Shown here in pieces: positions 48,692 through 62,800 of a stretch of 64,000 nucleotides of DNA. Positions within the stretch are counted from its first letter, which is position 1. Every line of letters begins with the position of its first letter. The stretch is from the NCBI GenBank assembly GCA_965649825.1, contig OZ287704.1, forward strand, positions 1-64,000, given 5' to 3'. This DNA is from Penicillus capitatus (taxonomy: Eukaryota; Plantae; Chlorophyta). Made by a program: the position numbers and the translations under genes. The notes beneath the pieces were generated by a model, which searched no databases, was not told the DNA's origin, and was given only the letters and a program-made list of their open reading frames with translations.

Positions 48692-51600
48692 TTATACATC
48701 GGTGGCCTTTTGCGCAGCTATGCGCTTCTCCACTTCTGTGGCAATGAAATGCGCTTTTTGTACAATGGGTTCTGCCAGGCCAGCTAAACGGGCCACTTGC
48801 ATACCGTAGCTTCTTGGAGCGACACCCTCCTCCAATTTGTAGAGGAACTTCACATCGGGGCACGGTTCAGATACACCCTCGACTCGGCACTTCATATGCT
48901 GTACCGTGATTTCTGATCGATCTCCAAAACTCCGTGCCAGTGAGTGGTAATGTGTGGCGAACAGACCGAGACAGCGCACGTGGGAGGATAGATGCTCCAG
49001 AACAGCGTGGGCGATAGCTTCGCCGTCTGTCGTTGCTGTCCCCCTTCCCAACTCATCCAGAGCCACCAACGAATGCTTTGTCGCCTTTCTCAGCATCGTT
49101 GCCGTTTCGGAAAGCTCTACAAAAAACGTCGACTGCCCACAGATGAGTCGATCCTTGGCGCCCATGCGAACGAAAATGGCATCGACGGGTGTCAATTCCA
49201 AAGAAGCCGCGGGCACACACGCTCCGATCTCCACACCATCCACAGAATGAGATCAGGCGTAGCGTAAACAGAGGCGCACTTGTGCCAGAAGCGTTGCCAG
49301 GCAGACCTGTCTGAGCAAAGTGCTCTTTCCTCCCATGTTTGCCCCCGTCAGCACCATAAAATTCGCACGGCCATCACCCAGATGGATATCGTTGGGGACA
49401 AACCCCCCACGGACGCAGAGATTGGGATGCCGAAGTTCAGTCGCCTTGAACACAGGCGATGCGCTTTCGGACCGCTCCACCAGTCTCGGACGACAAGATG
49501 GCTTCGGCAGACTGACAGCAGCAATGGAGAGGGACATCAATACATCCAACTGAGCAATGGCCTTCACAGCCGCCATCCACGATTCATGATGTTCAACGAA
49601 TCTGCCAAGCAGTTTCTGTAACACATGGCTCGATTCCTTCTCGCAGCGATCTTCTGCATCTTGGATGGTCTGAACGTGCGTCTTCAGCTGCGGAGAGGCA
49701 TAGCGTTTGAAGCCTTTACGTTGTGAGACGAGTTCGAAGTCGATCGGAATCTGCATTGCCAGTCGATCGGCGACTTCGATAACGAACTTGCCTTTCTTAA
49801 CAGGCAGGTAGTTCACTTCAGCCTTGTGTGCTCCGAGCTGTCTCTGTAGCTCCGCTAAATAAACCTGCAGCTTCTCCGTAGCTTCTTTCATCTGATCTTT
49901 GGCAGCGTCGTATTCGCGAACCAGGCCCTAGAAGAGAGAGCATGACAACTGAGACAACTGCCAATAGCTGTACAGGGGATGGAAGAATGCGTCCCGATTC
50001 TTGCGCTTCTTTCCAGTCGGCTGATGCCATCAAGTCATTCAGCTGTTGCTGTATGTCAGGAAATCCCTCTCCAGGTGTCAAGATTCGATGTAGGAGTGGA
50101 CTGATGAGACGAGGTTTCACATGATGGAAGGCAGAGATCGTCCCTTGAACCGTCTGCAGTCCCATCAGTGCCTTAACCAACGCCTGCACTTTCTTCACGG
50201 CCATGTCTTCGTAGAGAACCACGTGCTGCGCTTCCCTTCCTTCAAAGAAGCCTGTCTGACAGGTACTGTGCAGTCGGACGAGGAGACGCTCCAGATCGCC
50301 CAGAGATGCCAAGGAACGCCGGACGCTGCCGACAACGACAGCTGCCGTTGTTAAGAGATCTTGAATAGCGTCTTGGCGTTCTTGGATGGCGGCAATGGAT
50401 ACCAGAGGCTGGCCGAGCCATTTCTTGAGCAGTCTCTTACCAAAAGACGTCACACAATGATCCAGTGATGCCAATAGAGAATTGCCCGTTCGGCCATTGC
50501 TGTCGAGGAAGACTTCGAGGTTCTCAAGAGCGGAGCTGTCGAGCAGGACACGGTCTAGCATCTCATCCTGTAACATCCATCCATCCACTGGCCCATCGAC
50601 GGCACTGTGCCTCGTTTGATGACAGGAGGCATCGAAAGAGACGAGTTCGTAAGACGACATCGGGAAAATGGCAGCATCGAGTTTCGCACGGATCAAAAAC
50701 TGAATGACGGCACCCAGGGACATCAGGAGCTCCACATAGTCCGAATCCCGATCCAGGATTCTCTGCAGGACGGGAGGCACTGGTGGTCCGTCCTCATCAA
50801 AGTACTGGAGGATGGATGCGGCAGAGATATGGGGATCTGTAAAGCCTGCGTCCCCGACAGGCAATGCATTTCTTCTGGCCATCGGGACACAGTGCTCCAG
50901 CAGTTTTGGAAGCTTCTGTGCCGTCTCCTCCTCCGACTTCGGCACCAAGAACTCGACAGGCTCCAACACTAAGCACCATCACCACGCACCTCGTCTTAGC
51001 ATCTCAGTAACATCCACGACAAACGTGAGATCTGTGTTCTCGTTTGTGACATGAGCGCATCGTCCGTCAACTGGCCGAGGATGATTTGACTTGTGGCAAC
51101 ATCGACAGCACAGTAGCCCACGACGTGGCCTCCCTCGTGCTCCGCTCGTGCATAGACTGACATCAAATACTGTGCCTCTCCGTGCCCTGCCATCATCTCA
51201 GCATCTCGTACGGTGCCCTTCGTTACCACCGCCACTTTCTCGCGGTTTACGACTTTGGCCGTTGTCTCTCCGCGTTTCTTCAATGTCTCGTTGCGTTGCC
51301 TCAACTGTTCGGGTGTTTCTGTCTGCTCGATGACGGTGACTTTGTGACCCTTATCTACCAGGGCAGCTGTCATATCGGTATAAGCGGATTCGGGGAAGCC
51401 GCAATGCGGCTGCTCTCCCTTCATGTACTTTAATCCCAGTACCTCCACGGCAACGTGGGCATCCATCTCATACAACTGCACAAACATACCCCGATCCCAT
51501 TTGTCCACAGCTGTATCCACGCACCTCATAGAATTTTCCGACTTTGAAAAGCAGCAGGGAGTCGAAGTGTGTTGCTTTGAATGTCCACCACTGACGTTGT

Positions 51601-52251
51601 CCGGCCGAAATCTTGCAGTCGTCAAACCAGGAGTGCGGGATGTAAAGCGTCGTGGGATCATAATCCAGTTCGTCTGGTCGACGTCCCTTCGCATCGCGTA
51701 TCGTCTCGGGTTGGAGGAATGGAAGCGTCCGCGTCTCTGTATCCAACAACATTGCCTCCTTCCTCACTTCTTCGACCCATAGCCCTTACGTGTCACATCT
51801 GTAGCCTCCGCCGTTGGCAGCGATTCGAGAGCGTCGTGCAGTTCCGGCGTCCAATCCCGAAGCTTCGCTTGACAGAGCGCGCGGGAGGTATGTTCGTTCG
51901 CATGGCTCTGGATCTCTTGTTCTTCAGCGGGTCTGCGTCGTTTGATATCGAAGGTGGATGTCGTCGGCGAACGACTCGAAGGCGGTGCAGCGCGTTTGCG
52001 ACGGGCAATGGGCTCATCGTCGCTCTCGTGATCTTCGACGTCCATCCAATCTTCACGCGTTACGGCGGGTGACATCGAACCACCCTCCTGGCATTCTGAT
52101 AGGCACCGATCGTCAGTCACCCATCGTGGACGACACGTGGCGCACTTGATGCAGTTCTTGAGAAATGGCGAAGGTCTGGGGAATCGCTCATGCCCCGTGG
52201 ACTGGCAGAGAAGTAGAATCCAAGCGTGCGTTGTTTCGGCGGCGTCGACAT
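48692..52251 (-). CDS. MSH6: DNA mismatch repair protein MSH6
   Basis: PIP-box-like N-terminus MSTPPKQRTLGFYF, YDPTTLYIP, LLFKVGKFYE|LYEMDAHV...YMKGEQPHCGFPE (plant MSH6 type), LTGANMGGKSTLLRQ, STFFVELSET and LDELGRGTATTDG. Confidence 0.96.
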
Positions 52252-52318
52252 GCAGATGTTGGTGATGCGACGTTTCGTCGTGACCGTTTTAAAGGCATCG
52301 TGATGTGACGTTACTGTA

Positions 52319-53474
52319 CTAGAAGAGATACTGCTGAATGGGATAGCCCGTTTTCATCGCGTAGAAGAAGACGACTTGACGGAGGAACAGCGCCGCGAGG
52401 ACCAACGCGACAAGCAACGTCAATCGTCGCGCCGACGGATTCGCCATGCGCTCTGGGCCATAGGTGATGGCCAAAATCGAGCCCGAAAAGAGAACATAGA
52501 GTGTGCCCATGATAAACCCCTCGGCACCGAGCTGTTGACCATTTCCTCGATAAAAGATCTGAATCTTGCCGTCCTTAGGCATGGCAAACGGAACCCCACG
52601 AATGATATTGAACATGCCACCCGACGTTGAGAACCAGCAGACGATGACGGCGGCGACCATCCAGATCCAGCGACTTCTCAAAATCGCCGACTGATACAGA
52701 CGCGATGCCGTCCAGATCGACGAGGCGAGGAAGACAAACATGAAGAGCGCCGAGAGACGCGAGGAGAGGAAATCGCTGCGGGGAATGTCGTCGACGGCGA
52801 CGCCGGTTCGCATCTTGACGAACTCGGCAAAGGCCTCTGCTTTCCATGGATAGTCAGGGTAACGCTGGAACGACATTCTCTCTTCGGGCGGAATCTCGAT
52901 CGTGCCGGTCGTGGTGACCGTGGCGTGCGGGGCGAGGCGAAATGCGAAAGGTAGGGCATCGACATTGAGGCGTCGAAAGACGTCCCGTGTCGAATCCAGC
53001 TCAACGGTAACGAAGAAGACCTTGCCGGCACGTTCACTGCTATGGCCGTATTTCTGTTTGTATGCTTGCGAAGCGAGGCCGAATTCTTTGCGGAGAGCGC
53101 GTAGACCGAGCTTCGGTCTGTCCATCAGCTTCTCGGCGAGCAGCAGGAAGACGAGGGAATAGGGACGTGATTTTGCCACGGTGAAACGGTCGAAGTCTTC
53201 TTGGCTGAAATGGATAACGCCATCAGAGGAACGTTGCTGCGCGTCAAAGAGCTCCTGTGGAGACAGGGCGTCGGAACGGAGAAGAAAAGGACAGCTGCGG
53301 TACCGTCTGAAGATTTGAAAGAGACGAACTGTGGCAAAGCAAAGACGCAAAGCACAGCGTCGTAAACAGAATTCCGCTGCGTGAAGCCATCTTCGACGCA
53401 ACGCCGTCGACACCTTCGAATGCACGAGATAGCGAAGAAATGATCATCATCCAGACAATGTGATCAGCACGCAT
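52319..53474 (-). CDS. OST3: oligosaccharyltransferase subunit OST3/OST6 (TUSC3/MAGT1 family)
   Basis: A thioredoxin-like luminal part followed by TM helices with STSGGMFNIIRGVP and GQQLGAEGFIMGTLY, ending KTGYPIQQYLF. The start is inferred. Confidence 0.9.
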
Positions 53475-54196
53475 GGAGTCTGGAAGCGTGCAACTGGGCA
53501 GGGAACAGCTAAGAGACAGCAATGCGTTTTTCAGGTTCTACACTGTCCATGGCGATGATATGGTGCGTGAATACCAGGATGATATCATGTAAAGCCGGTT
53601 CACGATTGTTGTATGCCGTGGTGTCCCTTTGGCTTATGCCCTGTTCTGACAAGTGACGACACATGGCATTCAGTTTCATGGCAGTGCTATTCCTTTTGCC
53701 TCTGTGCCCGATTTCAGTAAGCGAGTAAGAGGCACGCGTATTCGAGTCATGTAATACGTTGCGTACACGGATGGGGGAGTTCCGTCAGTACCGTGCATTC
53801 GGTGTCTTTTTTAGCCACCCTCCGCCGGCTAGTCCATTCTTTGCCGAGGTCGCGGCTGCTCGTGCTAAATTCACAGCGGATTCCTTTTAATCCAACCGAC
53901 ACACACGTCAGCCTCTAATCTCGAAGCGGTTAAGCCTTCGCTTTTCCACGGCGCTTTCGAAAAACGCATTCATGTGGTGGCATAGATACCTGCGCTCGTC
54001 AAAAGCACAGACCCCCATAAAGAATTCCGTTCTTGAGGGATTCTAGACGCGTCAAGAGTGCCCCTTGGCCAGAGGTAAATTCTTTAAATCTGCCACGCAA
54101 CCGTCAGGAGGAATCTACCATACTTATGGCTCTTTGCTGATGGACTGCCCATTGTCGTTTGTCCATGCGCGCTGCACGTCTTGTACTATTCTTCCA

Positions 54197-57100
54197 ATGT
54201 CGAGGCACCCTGTCCGCCATAAACTCCTGCCGTTCTTCTTGTTGACGCTCTTCTGCCGCTTCCACTGTACGTTCTGCCGGCAACCTTAACGATTTATGGT
54301 TCCCTCCAGGCGACGGCGACGACGCATCTTCGCAACGCACGACGACGGTCGTTCGCAATCGAGAAGAACTGCGAGCCGCTCTACAGAACCGCATTCCACA
54401 TCAAAGGCTCATCCTAGAAGCAGAGGAATTTCATTTGACAAAGGCGACGGTTATCGATGTTCCAGGCATTACAGTGGAAGGACGACATGGATCGCAAACG
54501 TCGATTCGTTGCGCAGAGACCCAAAGCGCATTCATCGTTAAGTAAGATCACCTCATTGCTGCATCGTATGGTCGGTCTCACCAGCGACATCTGTACAGAA
54601 GAAACGAAACGCGATTCATCTCTCTGACCTTCCATCGATGCCAAAATCGATCCGCTGTGACGATTCAACCGGAAAAGGGCAAAAGAGAAGAGACAATGGA
54701 CGTCTCCTTTGATCGTGTCCACTTTCTGGAGAACGGAAAGGAAAGAGATCACATCCTAGGCGCCGCCATTCGAGTGGATGGATGCCAAACGACGGCGTGC
54801 GCCAAACCACATCTCCTCTTACAGGAATGCGTCTTCGCCAACAACACCGCACTTCGAGGAGGAGCCATCTACGCTGAGGATACAGATCTAGAGATCCGCA
54901 ACGCAACGTTCCGAGGGAATGCGGCACATCTGACTGGCGGCGCTCTCTATGTTCACAACCGACGCGATGCTATTGTCAATATCAGTGATTCACTCTTCGA
55001 GAATAACGTAGCGCGTGCAGATCCACGTCTGCATCGTCTATCAGAGGAGGAGCTCCTGGTCACGAAGAACGAGACGTTGAAGACATCGGGCATGGGAGGC
55101 GCCATCTTCGTGCATCGTCCTGTTGGCTTTTCGATCCGAGCCTCGAGCTTCGTAAACAATACGGCTTGTAGAGGAGGCGGCGCAGTGGGGGCCTTTCATG
55201 TGATGCTCTCTTCAGAAACCAACACCTCGTTCGCTTTCTCCATCGTCGATTCTGTCATGGAAAGAAACGTGGCGTACTGTGGGTCGCAAGAAGATGCGTT
55301 CAATTTCGATCTGCTCGGCAGTGAAGTGCATTATGGAGGGGCGGTTATGTATGTGTCCCTGGATGGGTCGCCCAATGCGTGGTTACTGGCCAACACCTCT
55401 TTCGTGGGAAACCGTGCCCGTGTCGGTGGGGCGCTCTCCATACGATCGGCGTTTGCCTCGACTGTGGAGCATGATCTTATTTCGTGCACGTTCGATGAAA
55501 ACGTCGCTCTCAGAATCGGAGGATCCGTTATCGTCCACTCAGCACATCTCCGAGTCATGAGCACCATCATCCGGAACAGTCGATCGATTTATGGCGGCGG
55601 CCTCACCATCTGGCAGACCTCATCTGTGGTGTTCTCGCCCAATCCCGTCAATACCTCTGCCTTAAGCTCCATCGAAAGCAACGTGGGGAGCTTCGGAGGC
55701 GGAATCCTGTTGAGCAACGGAGGTAGAATCCTGCCCATTTGCTGCCATTCGCCATTTTGTGTGCAGGCCAGCTGGATCTCTCCTCCGTCGTCATCCGCAA
55801 CAACACGGCTTACCGAGGGGGAGGGGGATTGCGTATCGACAACACACAGCAACGCATCGTCATACGAGGTGTGCTGTTTGAAGACAATCGTTCGTTGCTT
55901 GGAGGAGGTGTCATGATCGATGACGTCATGAGCATCAACTTCACCGCTTTCGATGATCAACCGACGGTTATCCGACAGAACGTCGCAGCAGTGGGGGGAG
56001 GTGTCTATTACGAACCGGGTCGTGTTCCCTATCTCCGTCTAAATGTTGACCACCCCTGAGACACACCATGTCGCTGATCTGTCTGCCGTAGATTGAGGAT
56101 ACTGAATTCATTGAGAACAGTGCTCTGGCTTTAGACACTCCAGAGGTTCAGCATTTGCTGAACGAGAGTCAGCGATATTCCCCGCTGCCGGAAGAATTCA
56201 TTCGAATTCCGCAGCTCTCGGGGCATTTGGAAGCGTTCTCGCTGTTGAGATATCTGGCGCATGTCGAAGAAGGACACGGTGGAGGGATTTGTCTGAATCT
56301 CAAAAATCTCAACCTCTTTTCCATCGCCGAAATTTTCTTTCAGAACCTATTCATGACGCAGAACACTGCCGTCGTCGGCGGTGCGTATCGTGTATTCCGA
56401 GAGTGCTGTGCAGGAGGCAGCTGTTGCGTAGGTGGCATCTCTGCACACATGACAGATCTGTACTGGAATAAAGGCAACAGGTCATCCTGTTTCCCGGCTG
56501 CATTTGGCCTGGACACGTGTCAGAAATTTGTGCTCGTTTATGCGACGATTATAGAAAACAGGGCGGCGTTTGCAGGAGGGGTCTTCTCTACTCTGGCAGA
56601 CGGCATCATCGTTTCGTGCACTCCTGGCGGCGACGTGTACTTCAATGCTCGAGATCTCGTCGCCGAAGATCTGGAAACCGATCCTGTGCGGCCCTACTGC
56701 TCGACGGTTGAGAACAACGGCGTTGTGAATGGGACCGTCCTGCAGGGTGCCAATGCTGGAGGCACAGCTGAGTATCTGGCTGTCGATGGATGGAATGGTC
56801 CACTGAAAACCGTCGCCAGTGGAAAGCATCTGGCCATCCCTTGCAAGAACAATCTCAACGATTCCTGTTCGCAGCAACTGCGCATCATTGTGCGGGACAT
56901 CTTTAATCAGACGATCTCTCGAGGAGTGGATGATGCCAGTCTGGAGATCGTCCTTCAGTCCAGAGACATCGTTGGCGATGTGCGGTACCGAGCGGACCGC
57001 GGTATCGTTGTGATCAACAATACCGTTGCCTGGGGCATCAATGTCAGCAGTACATTACGCATTGTCAGCGAACGAGATCCACGGGTCTCTCTCGAATTGG

Positions 57101-59390
57101 AGCTGTCCACAAGGGCGTGCTATCCTGGAGAGATCAACCAAACAGACCTCTGCCAGATATGCCCGGTCGATCAGTATGGCTTCATTCCATCTCTTGGCAA
57201 GTGTGAAGCGTGTGAAGATCATGCAGAATGTAGTGGAGGAGCTTCCCTTGTGCCAATGGAAGGGTACTGGCACTCGACACCGTTCTCGCCTGTTGTGCGA
57301 AAGTGCATCACGACGGGTGCCTGCAAATACGAAGGCAGGATGGAGAGATTGGATCGGTATTATGCAGATCCGCAGAAACTGGAGCAAGACATTCGGGACT
57401 TGGATGCCTATGTACAGGAACAGGCACCGGTCCCTGAGTTTCTGGGCTATCAGCAGTGCACAGATGGTCATCAAGGCTTGCTCTGTGGGTCTTGTCAACC
57501 TGGGTATGGGCATTCCTATACAGGAACGTGTCACAAGTGTCCGAAGAACGGCACTGTCCTCATCATCCTCGTTTTCTTGTCCAATGCTTGGCTGTTTCTG
57601 CTGATCGGAATCAACTGCGCGTTCACGCTGCTTTCCACGAAGACCCGGGTGGATTTGGTCAAGCATGAGGCCCAGACTGTCGCCAAGGCGAGACCCAGGA
57701 CCGTCGAGCGAGCCGTCGAGCACATCCATCGTTCCCTCACCGTCACTTCCAAACTCTCCGCCGCCGCCACAGGTTCGTCGAGATCTTTGCAAAAACTGGC
57801 AGTTCATGTGCCGCGCTGCACTTAGATCGAACCATTTCACTCCCGTTTATGGATACAGACACACAACTGCTCTTTGCTCAGCAGCTTATCGCGACGGTTC
57901 AACTTTCAGAGACGCTGAAGGTGTGTGATCTCGATCGACGACACTTGGCGTGACGATCACTGGCTGCAGATCTTGATTAACTATCTCCAAGTGACGAGCA
58001 TAGCTGTACGTTTACAGACCGATTGGAATGCTTTCTTCGGCGGCTTCCTTTCAGCACAAGGTATGCACCGAGCTTCTGAGACAGCCGAGACGAAATGAAG
58101 GGCGTTTCTGTCTGCGCAGCCAGTTTTGCAGGAGTATCGAGTTCTGTCATCGTTGCTCCATACGAGTGTAATTTTGATGCCAGTAGCGTCCCGCCCTCCG
58201 TGGCAGCTCTCTGGATGCGGTTGGCAACACCATGGATTCTGTTACTTGCCATGGAGTTGGTTTTTGTGATCAGCTGGTCACTTTGGCGTTTACGCACGCG
58301 TGTCAGCTTTCCCGCTTCCCCTGCAGATCATCTCAACAAAACAAGTCTATTCACCTACGTGATCATCATCTCTATTGTATCGATGTATCTCTCATACATC
58401 AGCGTTGTGAGAGAACTCCTTAGAGCCGTCAACTGTATGAAGATTAAGGAGGAGGTAGGTCATCTCCCAGCAGATCATCCTTACCTAGACTACGCCATCG
58501 AGACAACGGATCAGAAACTGTGGGCGGAAGATACAGATCTGGTATGCTGGAAAGGAAGCCATCTTCCAGTTGGCATCGTTGGCGTCATTGGATTGATCAT
58601 TTCACTCTGCGGTATCATCTCTATCATCGTGTGGCTGCCTCTCCACAAGAAGCACTTGACCAAGACTGAATTTGTTTCCCGCTACTGGTTCATCTATCAA
58701 GCTTATGGTAAAGAATGGTATCGCGTCTCATGGGAGTCCACCATTCTCACGAGAAAGGCACTCATTGCCGGTGTTATCGTCTATTCTGCGCATATGGGTC
58801 CTGGACTCCAGGCTGCCCTCTGTGCCGGAATTCTGAGCCTCTTTCATATGTTACACTCTGTTATCTCTCCCTTCAAGGTATGCAATCAGTACAAGTGCAC
58901 ACCGGAGTATGCTGGCAGCGTTTGGAGAACCCTGTGTCTTCCGAAGCTGGCGCCTCGATGGATCGCCTTCAGCAACTCTGTCCATCTGAATACCTTGGAA
59001 TCCGTTTCTCTGGCATCGACGATCATTGTCTTCTACTGTGCGATTGTGTTGAATGATGCATCTTCAAGCCCCATTGGTCGTGGTCTGATGATCGCTTTCG
59101 CATTTGCAGTGAATTTCGTATTTGTGCTGTACATGCTGTATCGTTTGTATGCTGGGTTGCATGTGCTGGTCGATCTGAAACTGGAGATAGATCATGCAGC
59201 GTTTATGGCTGCCAGTAATAATTCTATGAGCCCTCTGCATCTTCTCGTCAAGATCTTGGTTCTGATTCGAGACAAAATGACTCCTTGTCCTGCCTGTGGC
59301 AGTCAAGACAACGTTACCTTCTCCCCTAGAAACGCCGCCTCTGATGCACGAGAGTGTCCAGAGTCGTCGGAAATTGTCCCGGATCCTTAG
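54197..59390 (+). CDS. Pmp-repeat / Cys-rich / multi-TM surface protein, paralog 5 (full length)
   Basis: Signal-like MSRHPVRHKLLPFFLLTLFCRFHC, GGAI repeats in 54657-55916, CYPGE...GYWHSTPFSP...CTDGHQGLLCGSC in 56155-57825, ILINYLQVTSIAVRLQTDW and the TM domain in 58095-59390. Confidence 0.9.
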
Positions 59391-59802
59391 GGTTTTTGAA
59401 ACTATTGCACGAAACTATGACAATTGATGATCAACAGAAAATAACGCAGCGCCATCTGTTGCTGTCTGACGATGCTTTGTGGTTATCTCCTCGATATCTC
59501 TTGTTGCTAGCAGAAGTTTGATTATGACATCTCGTTCGCGCTCAACGTTTCCGGCAACGCGTTGTGCAACAGTGAGAGTATGCTCCAAGTGCTCCTGCAA
59601 AGAGAACAACGGAATTCTCGACGAGTGACAATGATGACGTCATCTTGACGAGCGGTGCTGCTGAGGAGAGGCTAGCAAGTAAACTTTGTAACCACGTGGC
59701 ATCATTTAAGGCGGCCTGTCTCATTGCCAATAGTCCAAATCTACCTGTGCGTTTTGAATTTCTCCCCTTAGCGAACGTGTGTCGGAAAGAGAATAACGAC
59801 CC

Positions 59803-62800
59803 ATGCCGCCGCGGGTTCTGAGCCTATTCGCCTTGGCGTTATGGCTATCGTCTGTTTTTGCGAAAGGCGGTAAGAAAGCATCAAAGAAAAGGCGAACTTA
59901 GGATGTTTGGTCACAGTTAAGGGACAGTCTCGTGTACTGACACAAACGAACGATTCAACCGAAGTGAAGACTGTCTCCACTGAAAGAGAGCTCAATGACG
60001 CATTGAACGCTGGGCGTCGGGAAAGAAGTCTGAGACTGGCCGTCGACGAGATTCGACTCTCGGAGCCATTGGTGGTTGACGTGCTTCGCGTTTCCATATC
60101 GGGAGCGGCAAACGGCACCGTCATTCACTGTCCGCCGACAGACGGTGCGTTCGTTATCAAGCAAGGCCGCCATCTCTGTATTGACGTACGGCTAAGCCAA
60201 AACCTGTCTTTGCAGGAACGGGAGCGTGTGGCTGGCATCCGTGACCATTACCGGCTGTCATTCGCATTCTGCCGTACAGATAGAATCGAAGAGCGAGCCA
60301 ACCGATGGCGTTATTGACGTCGTCTTCAAAACGGTGTACTTCGTAGAGAATGGAAAAGGTGGCGACATCGAAGCTGGAGCGGCAACGCGCGTCGAGTCCT
60401 GTGGAAAGGGCTCTTGTGTGCGACCCGTGGTCGAATTCAGACGGTGTCGTTTCGATCGCAATCGAGCTGCTATCGGCGGAGCTATTTACGCGACGGATTC
60501 CAAGATCCGCATCAACGACTCGATATTCGAAGAGAACGAGGCCAGCCTTTCTGGCGGTGCTTTGTTTTTTAGCAATACCGATGATGCAGAGTTGACCATC
60601 GAAAATTCCACTCTTCATGGGAACCGGGCTTTAGGTCAAGACAAGCCTCGCGAAACGAAGGCGAGAGCACTCCTTCCGTCGACAGAAGACATCCCGGACA
60701 TGTCTGGCATGGGCGGTGCCGTTTTCGCATACGATCCTGCCCGTCTATACGTAAACGCGACCAACTTCACAGATAATAGCGGATGCCAAGGAGGTGGAGC
60801 GATGATCGTTGTTCAAGCGGCGGCTGGAGCAGCAAACAACGGCACGCACAGTTTCAACATCTCGCACGCATTGTTCGAAGGAAATGCTGCGTACTGTGAT
60901 GCTAAAGATGCCTCTCGGCTGAATGATTATTATAACCAGATGTATCATGGCGGAGCCTTGATGCAAGAGTCCTCCGATTCTATGGTCCATGACTGGACAA
61001 TTATCCATTCCGAATTCCGGCAAAACCGTGCAGCGCTTGGCGGCGCTATCAGTTTTCTTTCCCGTTTGAGGTCGGATGTAGAGCAGAGTGTCATTTCTTG
61101 CAGCTTTATTGAGAATGATGGACTGGTCGCCGGCGGCGCGATTCTGCTGGACGCAACTCGCTTAAAGATCGTGCGTACGGAGATCCGAAACAGCAGATCG
61201 GTTTTTGGCGGCGGTCTCGTCGTCAGACGCAATGCTTTCCTGACGATCGTTCAAGATCCAAAATACCCTGCAGCAAATAGCAGCAGCAGCATCATCGAAG
61301 GAAACATTGGCGTATATGGCGGCGGCATGTTTGTAGATTCTGGCGGTGGGTGACTCTCACCTTACTCAAGACTCGACTCATTGTACTTCGTAGGCGTCCA
61401 TTTAGAAGCGCTGACTGTGCGCAACAATATCGGATATCGAATCGGTGGCGGCTGCCGATTCTTGTCCACGGATCGGCCTTCTTTCCTTCGCGGCGTCCGA
61501 ATCGAAGGCAATCAAGCTTTTGCAGGCGGTGGCATTTCTTTGGGCACGATCGACAATGTCACCTTGGTTGGACTGGGAGAGAAATACAGTGTCATTGCAA
61601 ACAACACGGCAACAGTTGGAGGCGGCCTATATTACGAAGCAGGAGAATTCTACATCTCCTTCATTCGAGTAAGGACCCAGGCAAATAGTCTCTTCGCATA
61701 ACAGACCCGTCGCAGATAGAAGAAACGTTGTTCATTGCCAACAGAGCCTTATCGTCGACGAGTTCAGAGATCGTGGCGTTCAATCGCGAGGCGGAGAAGT
61801 ATCACCTGAAGTATTCTAAAGGGGTAAACGTCTCTAATATCAACGAAGAAACAGAACGCTCCTCCGTTATGGAATATATCAAAACAAGAGAATCGGGACA
61901 TGGCGGCGGCATCAGCATCAACGTATTTCGTACTCGGCCATTCATCATCCACGAAATCGCTTTCCAGAACGTCACGGTTGTCGAGAATGCAGCCATCGTT
62001 GGAGGTGACTTCGTTTGGGAATGTATCTTTGGCATCTTCATTGCTCAGGTGGAATATCTGTTCAGACAAAGAAGGTTCACAAGAATGTCGCCAGCAACGT
62101 TTCCTGCTCCAGTGCTTCGCTTGGTTTCGATACGTGTCAGAGGATTGTGTTCCGCAACGTTACCGTCGCACGGAACAAGGCAGAGTATGCAGGTGGACTG
62201 TTTGTATCTTCTCTGGACTACATGACATTCTCGTGTGGTCCCAACGCGACATGGGCAAGCGATACGCACGAGCCATCGAAAGCCATGGTGGATCAACGGC
62301 GACCCTTTTGCACAGAGATCTCAAACAATACCTTGATCAATGCATCCGCTACAGAAGCGGCCGATATTGGCACACGAGTTGCCAAACTGTCTGTCAAGGG
62401 AGAACACCATCAGCTGAAGCCGATGGCCAGCGGCGACACACTTGTCGTTGTGTGCGAAGACATCCAGAATGCAACCTGTAACCGTTCCTTGGAGATCCTT
62501 GTGAAGGACACTTTCGGTCAGCGCATTGAACAGGGACTCGACGATGCCAACCTGGAACTCACACTCTCCTCTGAAGCCATTCTGGGCGACCACCGATACA
62601 AAGCCATCAGAGGGACGGCTGTGATCGACAGTACTCAGGCCTTTGGTGTGAATGTCAATAAGACACTGATGATCGCTGCTGAGGAAAACCGAGACGTCTA
62701 CGTCCAGCTAGACCTCACCACAAGGGCGTGCTATCCAGGAGAAGTCATTCAGTCAAATCACTGCGCCACCTGTGCCGTTGACAAGTATGAATTCGATCCA

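Noticed and set aside
53900-53970. Small hairpins (CGAAGCGGTTAAGCCTTCG) in the OST3-paralog 5 spacer
   Set aside because: The stem is short and imperfect, with no tRNA, snoRNA or snRNA hallmarks.
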